The notes beneath the pieces were generated by a model. The model had not been told where the DNA came from. It did no database searches and was given only the letters and a program-made list of their open reading frames with translations. A stretch of 64,000 nt of DNA, from the NCBI GenBank assembly GCA_028286725.1, contig JAQBQZ010000002.1, positions 18,241 through 82,240 of the forward strand, in the 5' to 3' direction. The position numbers and the translations under genes are program-made. The stretch comes from Candidatus Tayloriibacteriota bacterium. Lineage in GTDB: Bacteria > Patescibacteriota > Minisyncoccia > Phycocordibacterales > CAIRYW01. Below, one piece after another: positions 39,695 to 49,250 of the stretch. How positions within the stretch are numbered: position 1 is the stretch's first letter; the number at the start of each line of letters is the position of its first letter.

Positions 39695-42448
39695 ATGGAA
39701 AAAAGCGATTCGTTTGAAAAGAAATATAAAGGCCTAAACAAAGGTCAAAAGGAGGCTGTGGACACGATCTACGGGCCTGTAATGGTTATTGCAGGGCCTG
39801 GAACTGGGAAGACCACGGTGCTCACACTCCGTATCGCAAATATCTTGAAGATTGGGAATGCAAAGCCTGATGAGGTGTTGGCACTCACATTTACTGAGTC
39901 CGGCGCGAGAGCAATGAGAGAAAAGCTCCGTGAACTTATCGGAGAGACGAGTTTTCAAGTAAATATTTTTACATTCCACGGATTTGCCAACTATATTCGA
40001 AGCACATATCCTGAAAATTTTAAAAAGATCGGTGAGCGTATTCCTGCAAGCGATGCAGACAAGATTGAAGTGATCGAATATATTCTTTCTAAAAAAAGTT
40101 TTCGAGAACTCCGCGTGTCTGATTTTGGAGTGACAATTGGTAAAATCTCTGGGCGAATTTCTGACCTAAAAAGAGAATTGATCACAAGCAAGGAGCTCCA
40201 GAAAATTCTAGATAAGAATGAACATAAAGAACGGCTCGATGAGTTTGCTGTTTTGTACGAAGAATATGAAAAAGAGCTTGAGAAGAGAAAGCTTTATGAC
40301 TTTGATGATGCGATACTTGAGCTCATCAAAGCGCTCAAAGAAAATCCTGTAATGCGATCAGAGGTGAGAGAAAGGTTTCAGTTTGTTCTCGCAGATGAGC
40401 ATCAGGATGCAAACGGATCCCAAAATGAAATTCTAAAACTCTTCAAAGATGACAAAGAAATTGATCCTCCGAATATTTTTGTGGTGGGAGATGACAAGCA
40501 ATCGATCTTTAGATTCCAGGGTGCATCGCTCGAACACTTCTACAATTTTGCTGATGAATTCAAAGGTGCAAAAAAGATCACGCTTGAAGATAACTATCGT
40601 TCTCAAAGGACAATCCTTGAAGGAAGCCACAGTCTCATTTCTCGTGATGGAAGATCGCACCAAAAACTTTCTGCTAATGTCCCTCATTCTGAAAAGCAGA
40701 TGGAAATCGTGGAATATCCTGAATATGAGAACGAACTTGCATCTACAGCAAAGCAGTTAAAGGCCATCAAAGGCTCTGTGGCAGTCATTACGAGACACAA
40801 TCAGACGCTTCATGATCTTGCTCCATTCCTTGATGCAGAAGGGGTAAATTACCGCATTGCGGGCGAACGATCTCTCTTTGAGAGCTTTGAATATCGGAAA
40901 CTTCTCTCGCTTTTTGAAGCGCTTGTTAATCCATATGATGGAAAGCTTCTCGAGGCGCTTTATATGGGATATTTTGCAAAACCAATTGTAGAAATCTTGA
41001 AGCTTGCGGGAGATGCAAGAAAAGAAAGGGTTGATGCGGCAGAATTAATTTTAAAAAATGATGGGGAACAGATAAAAGAATTTATCACCAAAGCAAAGAA
41101 GACCGAGCTTACAGAAATGTTAAAAGAAATTCGAGAGGAGATGTATGGCAATGCAACTGCCGAATCTTTTGAAGTATTCCGATCTGTCTTTGATGAAGCG
41201 AGAAAACTTGTGGTCAAAAAAAGAGCCGCAAAACTTGAAGACTTGGTAAATCATTTAAATTTTCTTGAAAAACACAGACTGGCAACACTTTCTGAAAGTA
41301 TTGAAAGAGAGGCGACGGTAGAATTGCTTTCTGTTCACAGATCAAAAGGTCTTGAGTATGATCATGTGTATATTGTCGATGCAACAGCAAAGAAATTTGG
41401 AGGTTCTGGCAAGCGCGGAGATCTCTTGGCGATTCCAGGCATTGGTGTCGATTCAGAACTTGAAGAGGAACGAAGGCTTCTGTATGTTGCGATCACTCGA
41501 GCGCGTGAGTGCGTCACTATCTCATACTCATTAACTGATGCAAAAGGTGGCGAATCTGCACCCGCAGAGCTTCTAGGAGAGATCGATCCAGAATTCGTCA
41601 TCAGAAAAGATGGTGAGATCTATAAATCGGATCTTTTGAAAAGTACTCGAACGCCAAAAGAAGAAAAGATAGAAATATTTCGCGATGCATTTCTCCGAAG
41701 GAGTTTTTCGGTCTCTGCCTTAAATAACTTTTTGAATTGTCCGTGGAAATATTTCTTCAGAAACCTACTTCTTATTCCCGATGCGCCAGAATTTCATACC
41801 AACCTTGGAAATGCTTGCCACAATGCTTTAAAACTTTTCCATCAGAATCCGGAGCGAAAGGATCTTGATGCGATCATCAAACAGAGTGTGATGAATGAAC
41901 CATTTTCAGAAAGTGAACTTCCACTTGCTCTCGAAAAATCAAATGAATATATAAAGGCTTACAAAACAGCATTCGTGCCTTTTGGAGAGAACGAAAAAGC
42001 TCATATTGAGAAAGGATTTTCTTTTGTTTATAAAGCTAAGAATTTTGAGATACCAATCACAGGAAAGATCGACTTGGCGAGGGAAGTCGATGGGATATTT
42101 AAGGTGATCGACTTTAAAACAAAGAAGCGAATGACGGCAAACGCTATCAAAGGACTTACAAAATCTGATACGGGAAATGAATGGAGACAGCTCAGGTTCT
42201 ACAAATTTCTTATTGAAAAATCACTCCCAAAATCATCTGTTGGATCGGGAACACTGACATTCCTTGTGCCCGATGATAACGGTAAGATGCTCTCAGAAAA
42301 TTTTGCTCTCACAATAGACGACAAAAAAGAGATAGAAGAATGTCTTCTTGAAACACTTGAATCGATCTATTCGTTTGAATTCTTGGATAAGAAGTGTGAG
42401 GACAAAGAGTGCGGGTATTGTGCGTTAAGTAAAACAATAGAGCTTTAA
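39695..42448 (+). CDS. UvrD/PcrA-like SF1 helicase fused to a C-terminal PD-(D/E)xK (RecB/Cas4-like) nuclease domain with Cys cluster
   Basis: Walker A VIAGPGTGKTT, helicase motifs (VLADEHQDANGSQ, FVVGDDKQSIFRFQGA, LEDNYRSQ, ITRARE). C-terminal nuclease motifs GKIDLAREVDGIFKVIDFKTKK and RQLRFYKF (QxxxY), plus cysteines NCPW ... CEDKECGYC. Start taken at the ATG 39695 (MEKSDSF...). Confidence 0.8.
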   Translation: MEKSDSFEKKYKGLNKGQKEAVDTIYGPVMVIAGPGTGKTTVLTLRIANILKIGNAKPDEVLALTFTESGARAMREKLRELIGETSFQVNIFTFHGFANYIRSTYPENFKKIGERIPASDADKIEVIEYILSKKSFRELRVSDFGVTIGKISGRISDLKRELITSKELQKILDKNEHKERLDEFAVLYEEYEKELEKRKLYDFDDAILELIKALKENPVMRSEVRERFQFVLADEHQDANGSQNEILKLFKDDKEIDPPNIFVVGDDKQSIFRFQGASLEHFYNFADEFKGAKKITLEDNYRSQRTILEGSHSLISRDGRSHQKLSANVPHSEKQMEIVEYPEYENELASTAKQLKAIKGSVAVITRHNQTLHDLAPFLDAEGVNYRIAGERSLFESFEYRKLLSLFEALVNPYDGKLLEALYMGYFAKPIVEILKLAGDARKERVDAAELILKNDGEQIKEFITKAKKTELTEMLKEIREEMYGNATAESFEVFRSVFDEARKLVVKKRAAKLEDLVNHLNFLEKHRLATLSESIEREATVELLSVHRSKGLEYDHVYIVDATAKKFGGSGKRGDLLAIPGIGVDSELEEERRLLYVAITRARECVTISYSLTDAKGGESAPAELLGEIDPEFVIRKDGEIYKSDLLKSTRTPKEEKIEIFRDAFLRRSFSVSALNNFLNCPWKYFFRNLLLIPDAPEFHTNLGNACHNALKLFHQNPERKDLDAIIKQSVMNEPFSESELPLALEKSNEYIKAYKTAFVPFGENEKAHIEKGFSFVYKAKNFEIPITGKIDLAREVDGIFKVIDFKTKKRMTANAIKGLTKSDTGNEWRQLRFYKFLIEKSLPKSSVGSGTLTFLVPDDNGKMLSENFALTIDDKKEIEECLLETLESIYSFEFLDKKCEDKECGYCALSKTIEL

Positions 42449-42460
42449 AGTAAAATAAAA

Positions 42461-42492
42461 AAACACCGCGACCAAGGTCGCGGTGTTTTTAG
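42461..42492. terminator. Bidirectional terminator (caccgcgacc-aa-ggtcgcggtg)
   Basis: A-run, hairpin, T-run, between the helicase (+) and the DsbA-like gene (-). Confidence 0.7.
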
Positions 42493-42506
42493 TTTTTTAA
42501 TTCTCT

Positions 42507-43289
42507 TTAGAACTGAGCCTCATCCAACTTGTTGTTTGAAGGAGTTACTTCGTTTACTTTGTCGATGAACTTCCAGAATGCATCGTTGCCTCCGAGTTCT
42601 GCTGCACATTCTGCACCTTCTGATTCCTTAGGAGACTTCGGGTGAAGCTGCTTTAGAGGGAAGTTTCGCCATACCCATGCTACCTGCTTGTTTGTTCCAT
42701 ATGATGATGCCATGAGCTGTTGCATTGTTGAATGGAAAGATTTACAGAATGGACATTCGAGGTCTGAGTAGAGAACTACTTTTACTGGAGCGTTGATATC
42801 ACCCATGATGTGATCTGCTGCTGTAACCTGCTTCATATTCTCAAGTGACTTTGTATCAGCTCCTGTTGGTGCTGGACTTTTTGCGAGAGCAAGATCGATG
42901 ATCGCTTGTACCTTTGCAATTGGCTGTGCTCCAGAAAGCGGGTATTTGATTCCAGTAGGTCCAACAACGATACTCCAAGGAGTTCCATTACCGCCTGTTG
43001 CAACTGCATCTGCAACATCTTGAACGATAACAGGTCCGTATTTACCTGATGCAAGACATTTATCAAACTTTGAAGCATTTACACCAGAAAGTTTTGCGAT
43101 CTTTTCGAGTGTTGACTCGAGAGTCTGAACCTTTGGTCCTTGGTTAGTAAAGAAAACTGCGAGCGCAATAAAAGCACCTGCAATAACGATAGAAAGAGGA
43201 ATCATAAGATTCTGTCCCTTTCCATTGTGATGCGGGTGATGAGCAGGGTGCTCATGATTGTGGTCGTGATTTGTGTGATCGTGTTCCAT
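42507..43289 (-). CDS. DsbA-family thiol:disulfide oxidoreductase, membrane-anchored, with His-rich N-terminus
   Basis: CPFC active site inside a thioredoxin fold (VVLYSDLECPFCKSFH), a TM helix, and N-terminal MEHDHTNHDHNHEHPAHHPHHNG. Confidence 0.75.
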   Translation of the reverse strand: MEHDHTNHDHNHEHPAHHPHHNGKGQNLMIPLSIVIAGAFIALAVFFTNQGPKVQTLESTLEKIAKLSGVNASKFDKCLASGKYGPVIVQDVADAVATGGNGTPWSIVVGPTGIKYPLSGAQPIAKVQAIIDLALAKSPAPTGADTKSLENMKQVTAADHIMGDINAPVKVVLYSDLECPFCKSFHSTMQQLMASSYGTNKQVAWVWRNFPLKQLHPKSPKESEGAECAAELGGNDAFWKFIDKVNEVTPSNNKLDEAQF

Positions 43290-43328
43290 ATTTTATTTAA
43301 AAAAACTAATAATTAATAATTATTTAGG

Positions 43329-43907
43329 CTAAAACGGCAACGAAAATGTCATCGCATTATTATTATCCGCAGTCTCCCAATCTTTCGTATCTATTATAAC
43401 ACTCTTGATGTTGTCACCATCTTTATATTTTAGTTTTTTGTGTTTTAGTGCGTATTCGTAGACATCCTTTGTTACTTTCACATCTTGAAGACAATATTTA
43501 CGAATGTTTTCAATATCTCCCTTTTTCCACCACTCAACAGCCTGAAGTCCATTTGAACTTTTGCCAATTCCGAGTGTTGCTTCGGCGATATTGCCGAGTC
43601 CAATTCTTCGGCCGAGCGCTTTTCGAAACTCTACAAGAATATCGAGACTTCGGATCTTGGTTAGATCTCCGTGATAGTACTTATTTAAAAGTGGAATATC
43701 AAAGTGGTCCCCATTGAAGGTAATGAGCACATCAGCTTTTTCGAGAAGCGGCCAAAGTTTTGGAAGATCTTCAACAAGGTAGCTTGAATATTCATTTGTC
43801 TCTGAATCAAAGACGCCAACAAGTGAAATATCGAGAAGTGCAGGATCAGCTTTACCTACATCTTCAAATATATTTCGAGTTTCAATATCGAATACAATCT
43901 TTCGCAT
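43329..43907 (-). CDS. Predicted 3'-5' exonuclease of the RNase H-like/DEDD superfamily
   Basis: KIVFDIETRN (exo I), FNGDHFDIPLL (exo II), a YCLQD-like region. 192 aa. Confidence 0.6.
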   Translation of the reverse strand: MRKIVFDIETRNIFEDVGKADPALLDISLVGVFDSETNEYSSYLVEDLPKLWPLLEKADVLITFNGDHFDIPLLNKYYHGDLTKIRSLDILVEFRKALGRRIGLGNIAEATLGIGKSSNGLQAVEWWKKGDIENIRKYCLQDVKVTKDVYEYALKHKKLKYKDGDNIKSVIIDTKDWETADNNNAMTFSLPF

Positions 43908-43913
43908 ATATAT

Positions 43914-44957
43914 TTATTTTAAATCTTTAGGAAGTAAATTGTGTGTTTCGAGGAAGTCTCGCATAGTTACATCACCCATACCAAATCCGACAGTAGGTAG
44001 TGCTTCAACTCCAAACATTTCGAGGAGATTGTCATAACGACCACCGCCGAAGAGGGAACGATTGTTTGCAGGATCAGTATCGAACACTTCGAATACTATA
44101 CCAGTGTAATAATCGAACCCACGAGCTATGTCTGAATCGAGCTTTATATTTGTTATATTATTTTTTTCAAGTTCTATAATTAACTTACTCAATCCAGATT
44201 CACTAAAGAAGCTGTCTCGGATTTCTTCTCCGTGATTATTTAAACCATTTTTATATTTATTTATTCCTTCCTGTCCAATTATTTTTACACCCTCATTATT
44301 AAATTCTTCTTCAGATATTTTATTTTTTCTATCAATAAGGGTTGTAAGCTGTCTTATTTTTTCATCAGTAACTGGGATATTAAGTTTTTGAAACAAATGT
44401 GGAAAATATCCTCTGTGATTAATTCTGATTTCAAAATCCTCATCTTTTGCTCCAAATTCTTTCAGGATATTATAGGCAAGTGAGATGCTTTCCACTTCTG
44501 CATCAATTGTAGAAAAATCTTTGTTATTACCCATCACATCACAATTGAGCTGCCAGTGTTCTCGTCGTCGTCCACGTTGTGATCGTTCGTATCTGAAACA
44601 GTTTGGAATTGAGAACCATCGAAGGGGAAGCTTCAGACCTTTTCTTCGTGCCGCAACCATTCGAGCGAGTGTTGGTGTCATTTCTGGACGGAGTGCAACT
44701 TCTCGTTCGCCCTTGTCGATGAATGTGTACATCTGTTCGTTAACCATTTCTTCATTACGCTGACCTTTTGATTTGTAGAGTTCTGCTGGTTCAAGGATTG
44801 ATGCGGCATACTCAACATAGTTGAATTCTTTGGCAACGCGTTTCCATGTATCAAAAATATAATTCTGGATTGCCATATCTTCGGGGTAGAAATCTCTGAC
44901 TCCTTTGTATGGTTCTGTACTTACTTTGCTATTATTTGTTATTGGTTTTTCAGTCAT
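43914..44957 (-). CDS. hisS: Histidine--tRNA ligase catalytic core (no C-terminal anticodon-binding domain)
   Basis: Class II motifs ALRPEMTPTLARMV, FRYERSQRGRRREHWQLNCDVMG and GGGRYDNL. The ORF ends about 40 aa after motif 3. Start taken at MTEKPI (44957); the longest ORF starts at 44993. Confidence 0.8.
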   Translation of the reverse strand: MTEKPITNNSKVSTEPYKGVRDFYPEDMAIQNYIFDTWKRVAKEFNYVEYAASILEPAELYKSKGQRNEEMVNEQMYTFIDKGEREVALRPEMTPTLARMVAARRKGLKLPLRWFSIPNCFRYERSQRGRRREHWQLNCDVMGNNKDFSTIDAEVESISLAYNILKEFGAKDEDFEIRINHRGYFPHLFQKLNIPVTDEKIRQLTTLIDRKNKISEEEFNNEGVKIIGQEGINKYKNGLNNHGEEIRDSFFSESGLSKLIIELEKNNITNIKLDSDIARGFDYYTGIVFEVFDTDPANNRSLFGGGRYDNLLEMFGVEALPTVGFGMGDVTMRDFLETHNLLPKDLK

Positions 44958-44978
44958 ATTAGTGTATTTTACAGTAAT

Positions 44979-45731
44979 ATGGACCAAAAACAAAACCGCT
45001 ATATTGTAAATAAATTACTAGGTGAAACACCACTTGAAGCTCTCGAACGAATGCGGATAATTGAAGGTTTAGATTCTTCAATTCCAATGACTTATGCAGG
45101 ACGGCTTGATCCGATGGCAGAGGGAGTACTTTTGATACTCATGGGTGAGGAATGCAAAAATAAAGATAGCTATCTAGGATTAGATAAAGAATATGAAGTC
45201 GAAGTATTGTTTGGATTTGAGACGGATACTGGAGACACTTTGGGTAAAATAAAAAATCAGGAATTAAAAAACAAAAATGAGATTGAAATTGAAGAGATAA
45301 ATTCAGAACTTCAGAAATTCAAAGGGAAGTTTCTACAGGAATATCCAGCATATTCGTCTAAGACTGTGGATGGAGTACAACTACATACACTTGCAAACAA
45401 AGGAGAATTGCCAGAGGAGATGCCGACAAAAGAAGTTGAGATCTATGATATTAAAATACTCGAAGAAAGAGAAATAAATTCTGAAATTTTGCTTCGAGAA
45501 ATAAAAAATAACATATCAAAGGTGAAAGGGGATTTTCGACAATCTGAAATCATTGATCTTTGGGAGAAAAATTTGATAGAGAAAAATATATTTAAAATTA
45601 TAAAGATAAAGGTATCTTGTTCGAGTGGAACATATATGAGATCCTTGGCACACAATCTTGGTGTAAAGCTCGGTGTGTCCGCGCTTGCGTATTCGATAAA
45701 GAGAATGAGAGTGGGTGGATATAGTTTGTAG
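44979..45731 (+). CDS. truB: tRNA pseudouridine(55) synthase
   Basis: AGRLDPMAEGVLLILMGE is the catalytic-Asp motif of TruB. 250 aa with Glu/Lys-rich insertions. Confidence 0.8.
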   Translation: MDQKQNRYIVNKLLGETPLEALERMRIIEGLDSSIPMTYAGRLDPMAEGVLLILMGEECKNKDSYLGLDKEYEVEVLFGFETDTGDTLGKIKNQELKNKNEIEIEEINSELQKFKGKFLQEYPAYSSKTVDGVQLHTLANKGELPEEMPTKEVEIYDIKILEEREINSEILLREIKNNISKVKGDFRQSEIIDLWEKNLIEKNIFKIIKIKVSCSSGTYMRSLAHNLGVKLGVSALAYSIKRMRVGGYSL

Positions 45732-45750
45732 TTAGGATTTTAAAACAAAA

Positions 45751-45783
45751 ATGTACGACGCCGTAGGCGTCGTACATTTTTTG
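45751..45783. terminator. Bidirectional terminator (atgtacgacgcc-gta-ggcgtcgtacat)
   Basis: Hairpin flanked by an A-run and ttttttgagttttt, between truB (+) and typA (-). Confidence 0.65.
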
Positions 45784-45812
45784 AGTTTTTATTTCTGATC
45801 TCTGATTTATCT

Positions 45813-47603
45813 CTATTTCTTTCTTGCTTTCGCTCGATCACTGTTTGTCAAAAACTTCTTTCGTAGTCGAACGCTCTTTGGAGTGATCTCGAGATATTCA
45901 TCATCCTGAATAAGTTCAAGTCCTCGTTCGATATCCACTTCGTAAAATGGTGTGAGGTATGTAGTTCCGTCAGAACCAGAAGCTCGCATGTTTGTAAGCT
46001 GCTTTCCTTTAGTTGGGTTTACTTCCATCTCATCACCCTTTGATGTGTTTCCGATAACCTGTCCTGCATATACTTCAGTACCAGCTCCAAGATAGAGGGT
46101 TCCACGCTGCTGGAGGTTGTCGAGTGCGAATGCGAGAGTTTTCCCTGCTTCCATTGAGATCATTGATCCCACTTCTCGCTTTTCGATCATACCTGCGTAA
46201 TCTCTAAATTCGACAAATCGTGAACTCATGATTCCTTCACCTTTTGTATCAATAACGAACTGGTTTCGGTAGCCCAGGAGTCCTCGTGTTGGGATCTCAA
46301 AAGTGAGTCGTGTCTGGTTTCCGTCCTGTTTCATATTAGACATGATTCCTTTTCTCTTTCCAAGCTTTTCGATGATCGCTCCAGAGAATTCATTTGGTAC
46401 ATCGATAGTTACTTCTTCGTAAGGCTCTTCTTTCTTTCCGTTTACTTCTCGGATGATAACCTGCGGCTGTGATACCTGCATTTCAAATCCTTCTCGTCGC
46501 ATGTTTTCCAAGAGAATTCCAATGTGGAGTTCTCCTCGTCCATATACTTTGAATGTATCGTTGTTGCCGAAATCTACTTTAAGCCCTACGTTGATCTCGA
46601 GTTCTTTTTCGAGTCGATCTCGGATCTGTCGTGTTGTCACGAACTTTCCTTCTTTACCTGCAAATGGTGAGTCGTTAACAATGAAGTCGAGGGCGATAGT
46701 AGGCTCATCAACGTTGATTGATGGAAGAGATTCTTGAGATACATCGAAACAAATAGTATCTCCAATATAGATATCAGGAATACCTGCGATCATCATAATG
46801 TCTCCTGAGTGAGCTTCTGCAACTTCTTTCTTTGCGATACCTTCGAATGTGTAAAGTTTTGTGAGTCGTCCAGTCTTTACTTCACCTGATTGTTTTTTGA
46901 CTGTCACAGTCTGACCGTCTTTGATTGTACCTTCGTACATTCGGCAGACCGCCATTCTTCCGAGGAAGTTGTCGTACGCGAGGTTGAAAGCCTGTGCTCG
47001 AAGTGGCACATCATCTTTTGTGTTTGCAACTGGAACGTGTTCAAGAACAACATCAAGAAGTGGAGAGAGATCAACTCGAGGATCATTAAGTCCTTTCATT
47101 GCAACACCTTCTCGTCCGATAGCATATACAGTAGGGAAGTTACACTGTTCATCGTTTGCTCCAAGGTCGAGAAAAAGTTCGAGAACTTCGTCATGGGCTT
47201 TTGCAGGGTTTGCAGCTGGTTTGTCGATCTTGTTTATCACAACAATAGGCTTGAGTCCGAGCTCGAGAGACTTTTTGAGCACGAATCGTGTCTGAGGCAT
47301 AGGACCTTCCTGTGCATCCACAACGAGAAGCACACAGTCAATAGATCGGAGTACTCGCTCTACTTCTGAACCGAAGTCGGCGTGTCCTGGTGTATCTACA
47401 ATGTTGATCTTTGTATCCTTGTATCGGATAGAAGTGTTCTTGGCGTAGATTGTAATACCTCGCTCTTGTTCGAGAGCGTTTGAGTCCATTGATACATCTC
47501 CAGCATTTGCGCCAGTCTGTTTCATGAGGGCATCAGTAAGAGTGGTCTTTCCGTGGTCCACGTGCGCGATAATCGCAATATTTCTTATTTCTGTGTTGTT
47601 CAT
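45813..47603 (-). CDS. typA: Translational GTPase TypA/BipA
   Basis: [18 protein letters not shown]1 motif, EF-G-like domain organisation, 596 aa. Confidence 0.9.
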   Translation of the reverse strand: MNNTEIRNIAIIAHVDHGKTTLTDALMKQTGANAGDVSMDSNALEQERGITIYAKNTSIRYKDTKINIVDTPGHADFGSEVERVLRSIDCVLLVVDAQEGPMPQTRFVLKKSLELGLKPIVVINKIDKPAANPAKAHDEVLELFLDLGANDEQCNFPTVYAIGREGVAMKGLNDPRVDLSPLLDVVLEHVPVANTKDDVPLRAQAFNLAYDNFLGRMAVCRMYEGTIKDGQTVTVKKQSGEVKTGRLTKLYTFEGIAKKEVAEAHSGDIMMIAGIPDIYIGDTICFDVSQESLPSINVDEPTIALDFIVNDSPFAGKEGKFVTTRQIRDRLEKELEINVGLKVDFGNNDTFKVYGRGELHIGILLENMRREGFEMQVSQPQVIIREVNGKKEEPYEEVTIDVPNEFSGAIIEKLGKRKGIMSNMKQDGNQTRLTFEIPTRGLLGYRNQFVIDTKGEGIMSSRFVEFRDYAGMIEKREVGSMISMEAGKTLAFALDNLQQRGTLYLGAGTEVYAGQVIGNTSKGDEMEVNPTKGKQLTNMRASGSDGTTYLTPFYEVDIERGLELIQDDEYLEITPKSVRLRKKFLTNSDRAKARKK

Positions 47604-47772
47604 AGTGTTAATAGATACTAAATAATAATTAAGTTTGATTTACCTACCTCTCTATTTAACGAGAAACCCTTTAAATATAAGGGTTGGTAAACAAAAAATC
47701 CGCCTCTGCGGACGGCCTATATTAAATCACAAAGAATGGTAAAATGCAAAGTTTTTTGCTATAATTGCCCTT

Positions 47773-49233
47773 ATGCAAAAAATTAAAACATTTCTTAAAA
47801 CGAAGGTAGGTATGTCGGTCGCAGTTGTAGTTGTCATTATTATTTCTGTGTTGATATTTAAGGGTAAATCAGGAGCAAGCGAGACTGTCACTATTTCAAA
47901 AGGAGACTTCACAAAGGTTGTGAGCGTATCCGGCAAGGTTATTGCAGTGGACAATGTTGACCTCTCTTTTGAGACAAGCGGGACAGTATCTGCTGTGTAC
48001 AAAAAAGTAGGAGATAAAGTCACAAGGGGTGAAATCATAGCATCTCTCGATTCTTCTGATGTACAGGCTTCAAGAGAGAAGGCAAATGCAGATCTTGTCG
48101 CAGCACAAGCACAACTTACAAAACTTCAAAATGGTGAGTCATCATACTCTGAAGTCTCAATCAACAAACAGCAGGTCATCAACACAATCATAGATGCGTA
48201 TACAAAATCAGACGATGCTGTACGCAACAAAGTAGATCAATTCTTCATTGATGGACGAAACCAGTCCCCAAAGATCAAATATAGTTTTTATAATGATGGA
48301 GAACTCAAGTACAAAATAAATGAGGATCGAAAAAGTGTTGAGGATTCTCTTGTTGAATTCGAGTCTTTTGCAAATGATCTTAGTGTTAATAATTATTCTG
48401 ATCAAAGTATTAAAGATGCAAAAGCGTATATTGTTCAAGTCAAAAATTTCCTCGCAGAAGTTTCTCTTGCTGTAAACTCATTTGAAGTATCAGGAGGACT
48501 CACTCAAACAACAGTAGACAAATACAAATCTGATATTGCAACTGCACGAACAAATGTTAATGGATCACTCGCTGATCTTTCATCTTTTGAAGATAAGCTT
48601 CATAGTTCGCTTTCAGATGTTCCAGTACAAGAAGCTAATGTCATGTCAGCGCAAGCAACCGTAAGAAACTATGATGCTCAGATCGCAAAGACAATTATTT
48701 ACGCGCCATTTGATGGTGTGTTGTCGCTTCAAGATGCAAAGGTGGGAGAATCTGTCGCGGCTCACACAAAAGTTGCAGGACTCATAAGTCGCGGGCTTCA
48801 AGTGGAAGTATATATTCCAGAGATCAGTATTCCTGGTGTAAATCTAGGAAACAAAGCAAAGGTAACGCTTGATGCATATCCTGACGCTTCATTTGACGCA
48901 GTCGTAACTCATGTCGATCCAGCAGAAACTGTGAAAGATGGAGTATCAAACTACAAATTAGAGCTTCAATTTGTAACTACAGATCCTCGAATTATGTCTG
49001 GACTTACAGGAGATGTCTCAATCGAAACACAGAAATTGTCAGGAATTATTTCTGTTGGCGAAAGATCAATTGTGACAGATGCTGACAAATATTATGTATA
49101 TACAAAAACTAAAGATGGTGGAATTAAAACAGAAGTAACACTCGGGATCAAAGATGGAAAAGGAAATGTAGAAATATTAAGTGGACTTAACGAAGGTGAT
49201 GTGATCCTTCTTAATCCTCCTGCAACTAATTAA
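47773..49233 (+). CDS. HlyD/MacA-like periplasmic adaptor subunit of a tripartite efflux/export system
   Basis: N-terminal TM, lipoyl/barrel-sandwich segments, long coiled-coil hairpin, C-terminal beta-barrel (IYAPFDGVLS...). Confidence 0.7.
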   Translation: MQKIKTFLKTKVGMSVAVVVVIIISVLIFKGKSGASETVTISKGDFTKVVSVSGKVIAVDNVDLSFETSGTVSAVYKKVGDKVTRGEIIASLDSSDVQASREKANADLVAAQAQLTKLQNGESSYSEVSINKQQVINTIIDAYTKSDDAVRNKVDQFFIDGRNQSPKIKYSFYNDGELKYKINEDRKSVEDSLVEFESFANDLSVNNYSDQSIKDAKAYIVQVKNFLAEVSLAVNSFEVSGGLTQTTVDKYKSDIATARTNVNGSLADLSSFEDKLHSSLSDVPVQEANVMSAQATVRNYDAQIAKTIIYAPFDGVLSLQDAKVGESVAAHTKVAGLISRGLQVEVYIPEISIPGVNLGNKAKVTLDAYPDASFDAVVTHVDPAETVKDGVSNYKLELQFVTTDPRIMSGLTGDVSIETQKLSGIISVGERSIVTDADKYYVYTKTKDGGIKTEVTLGIKDGKGNVEILSGLNEGDVILLNPPATN

Positions 49234-49250
49234 TTCTTCGAATAAATAAA

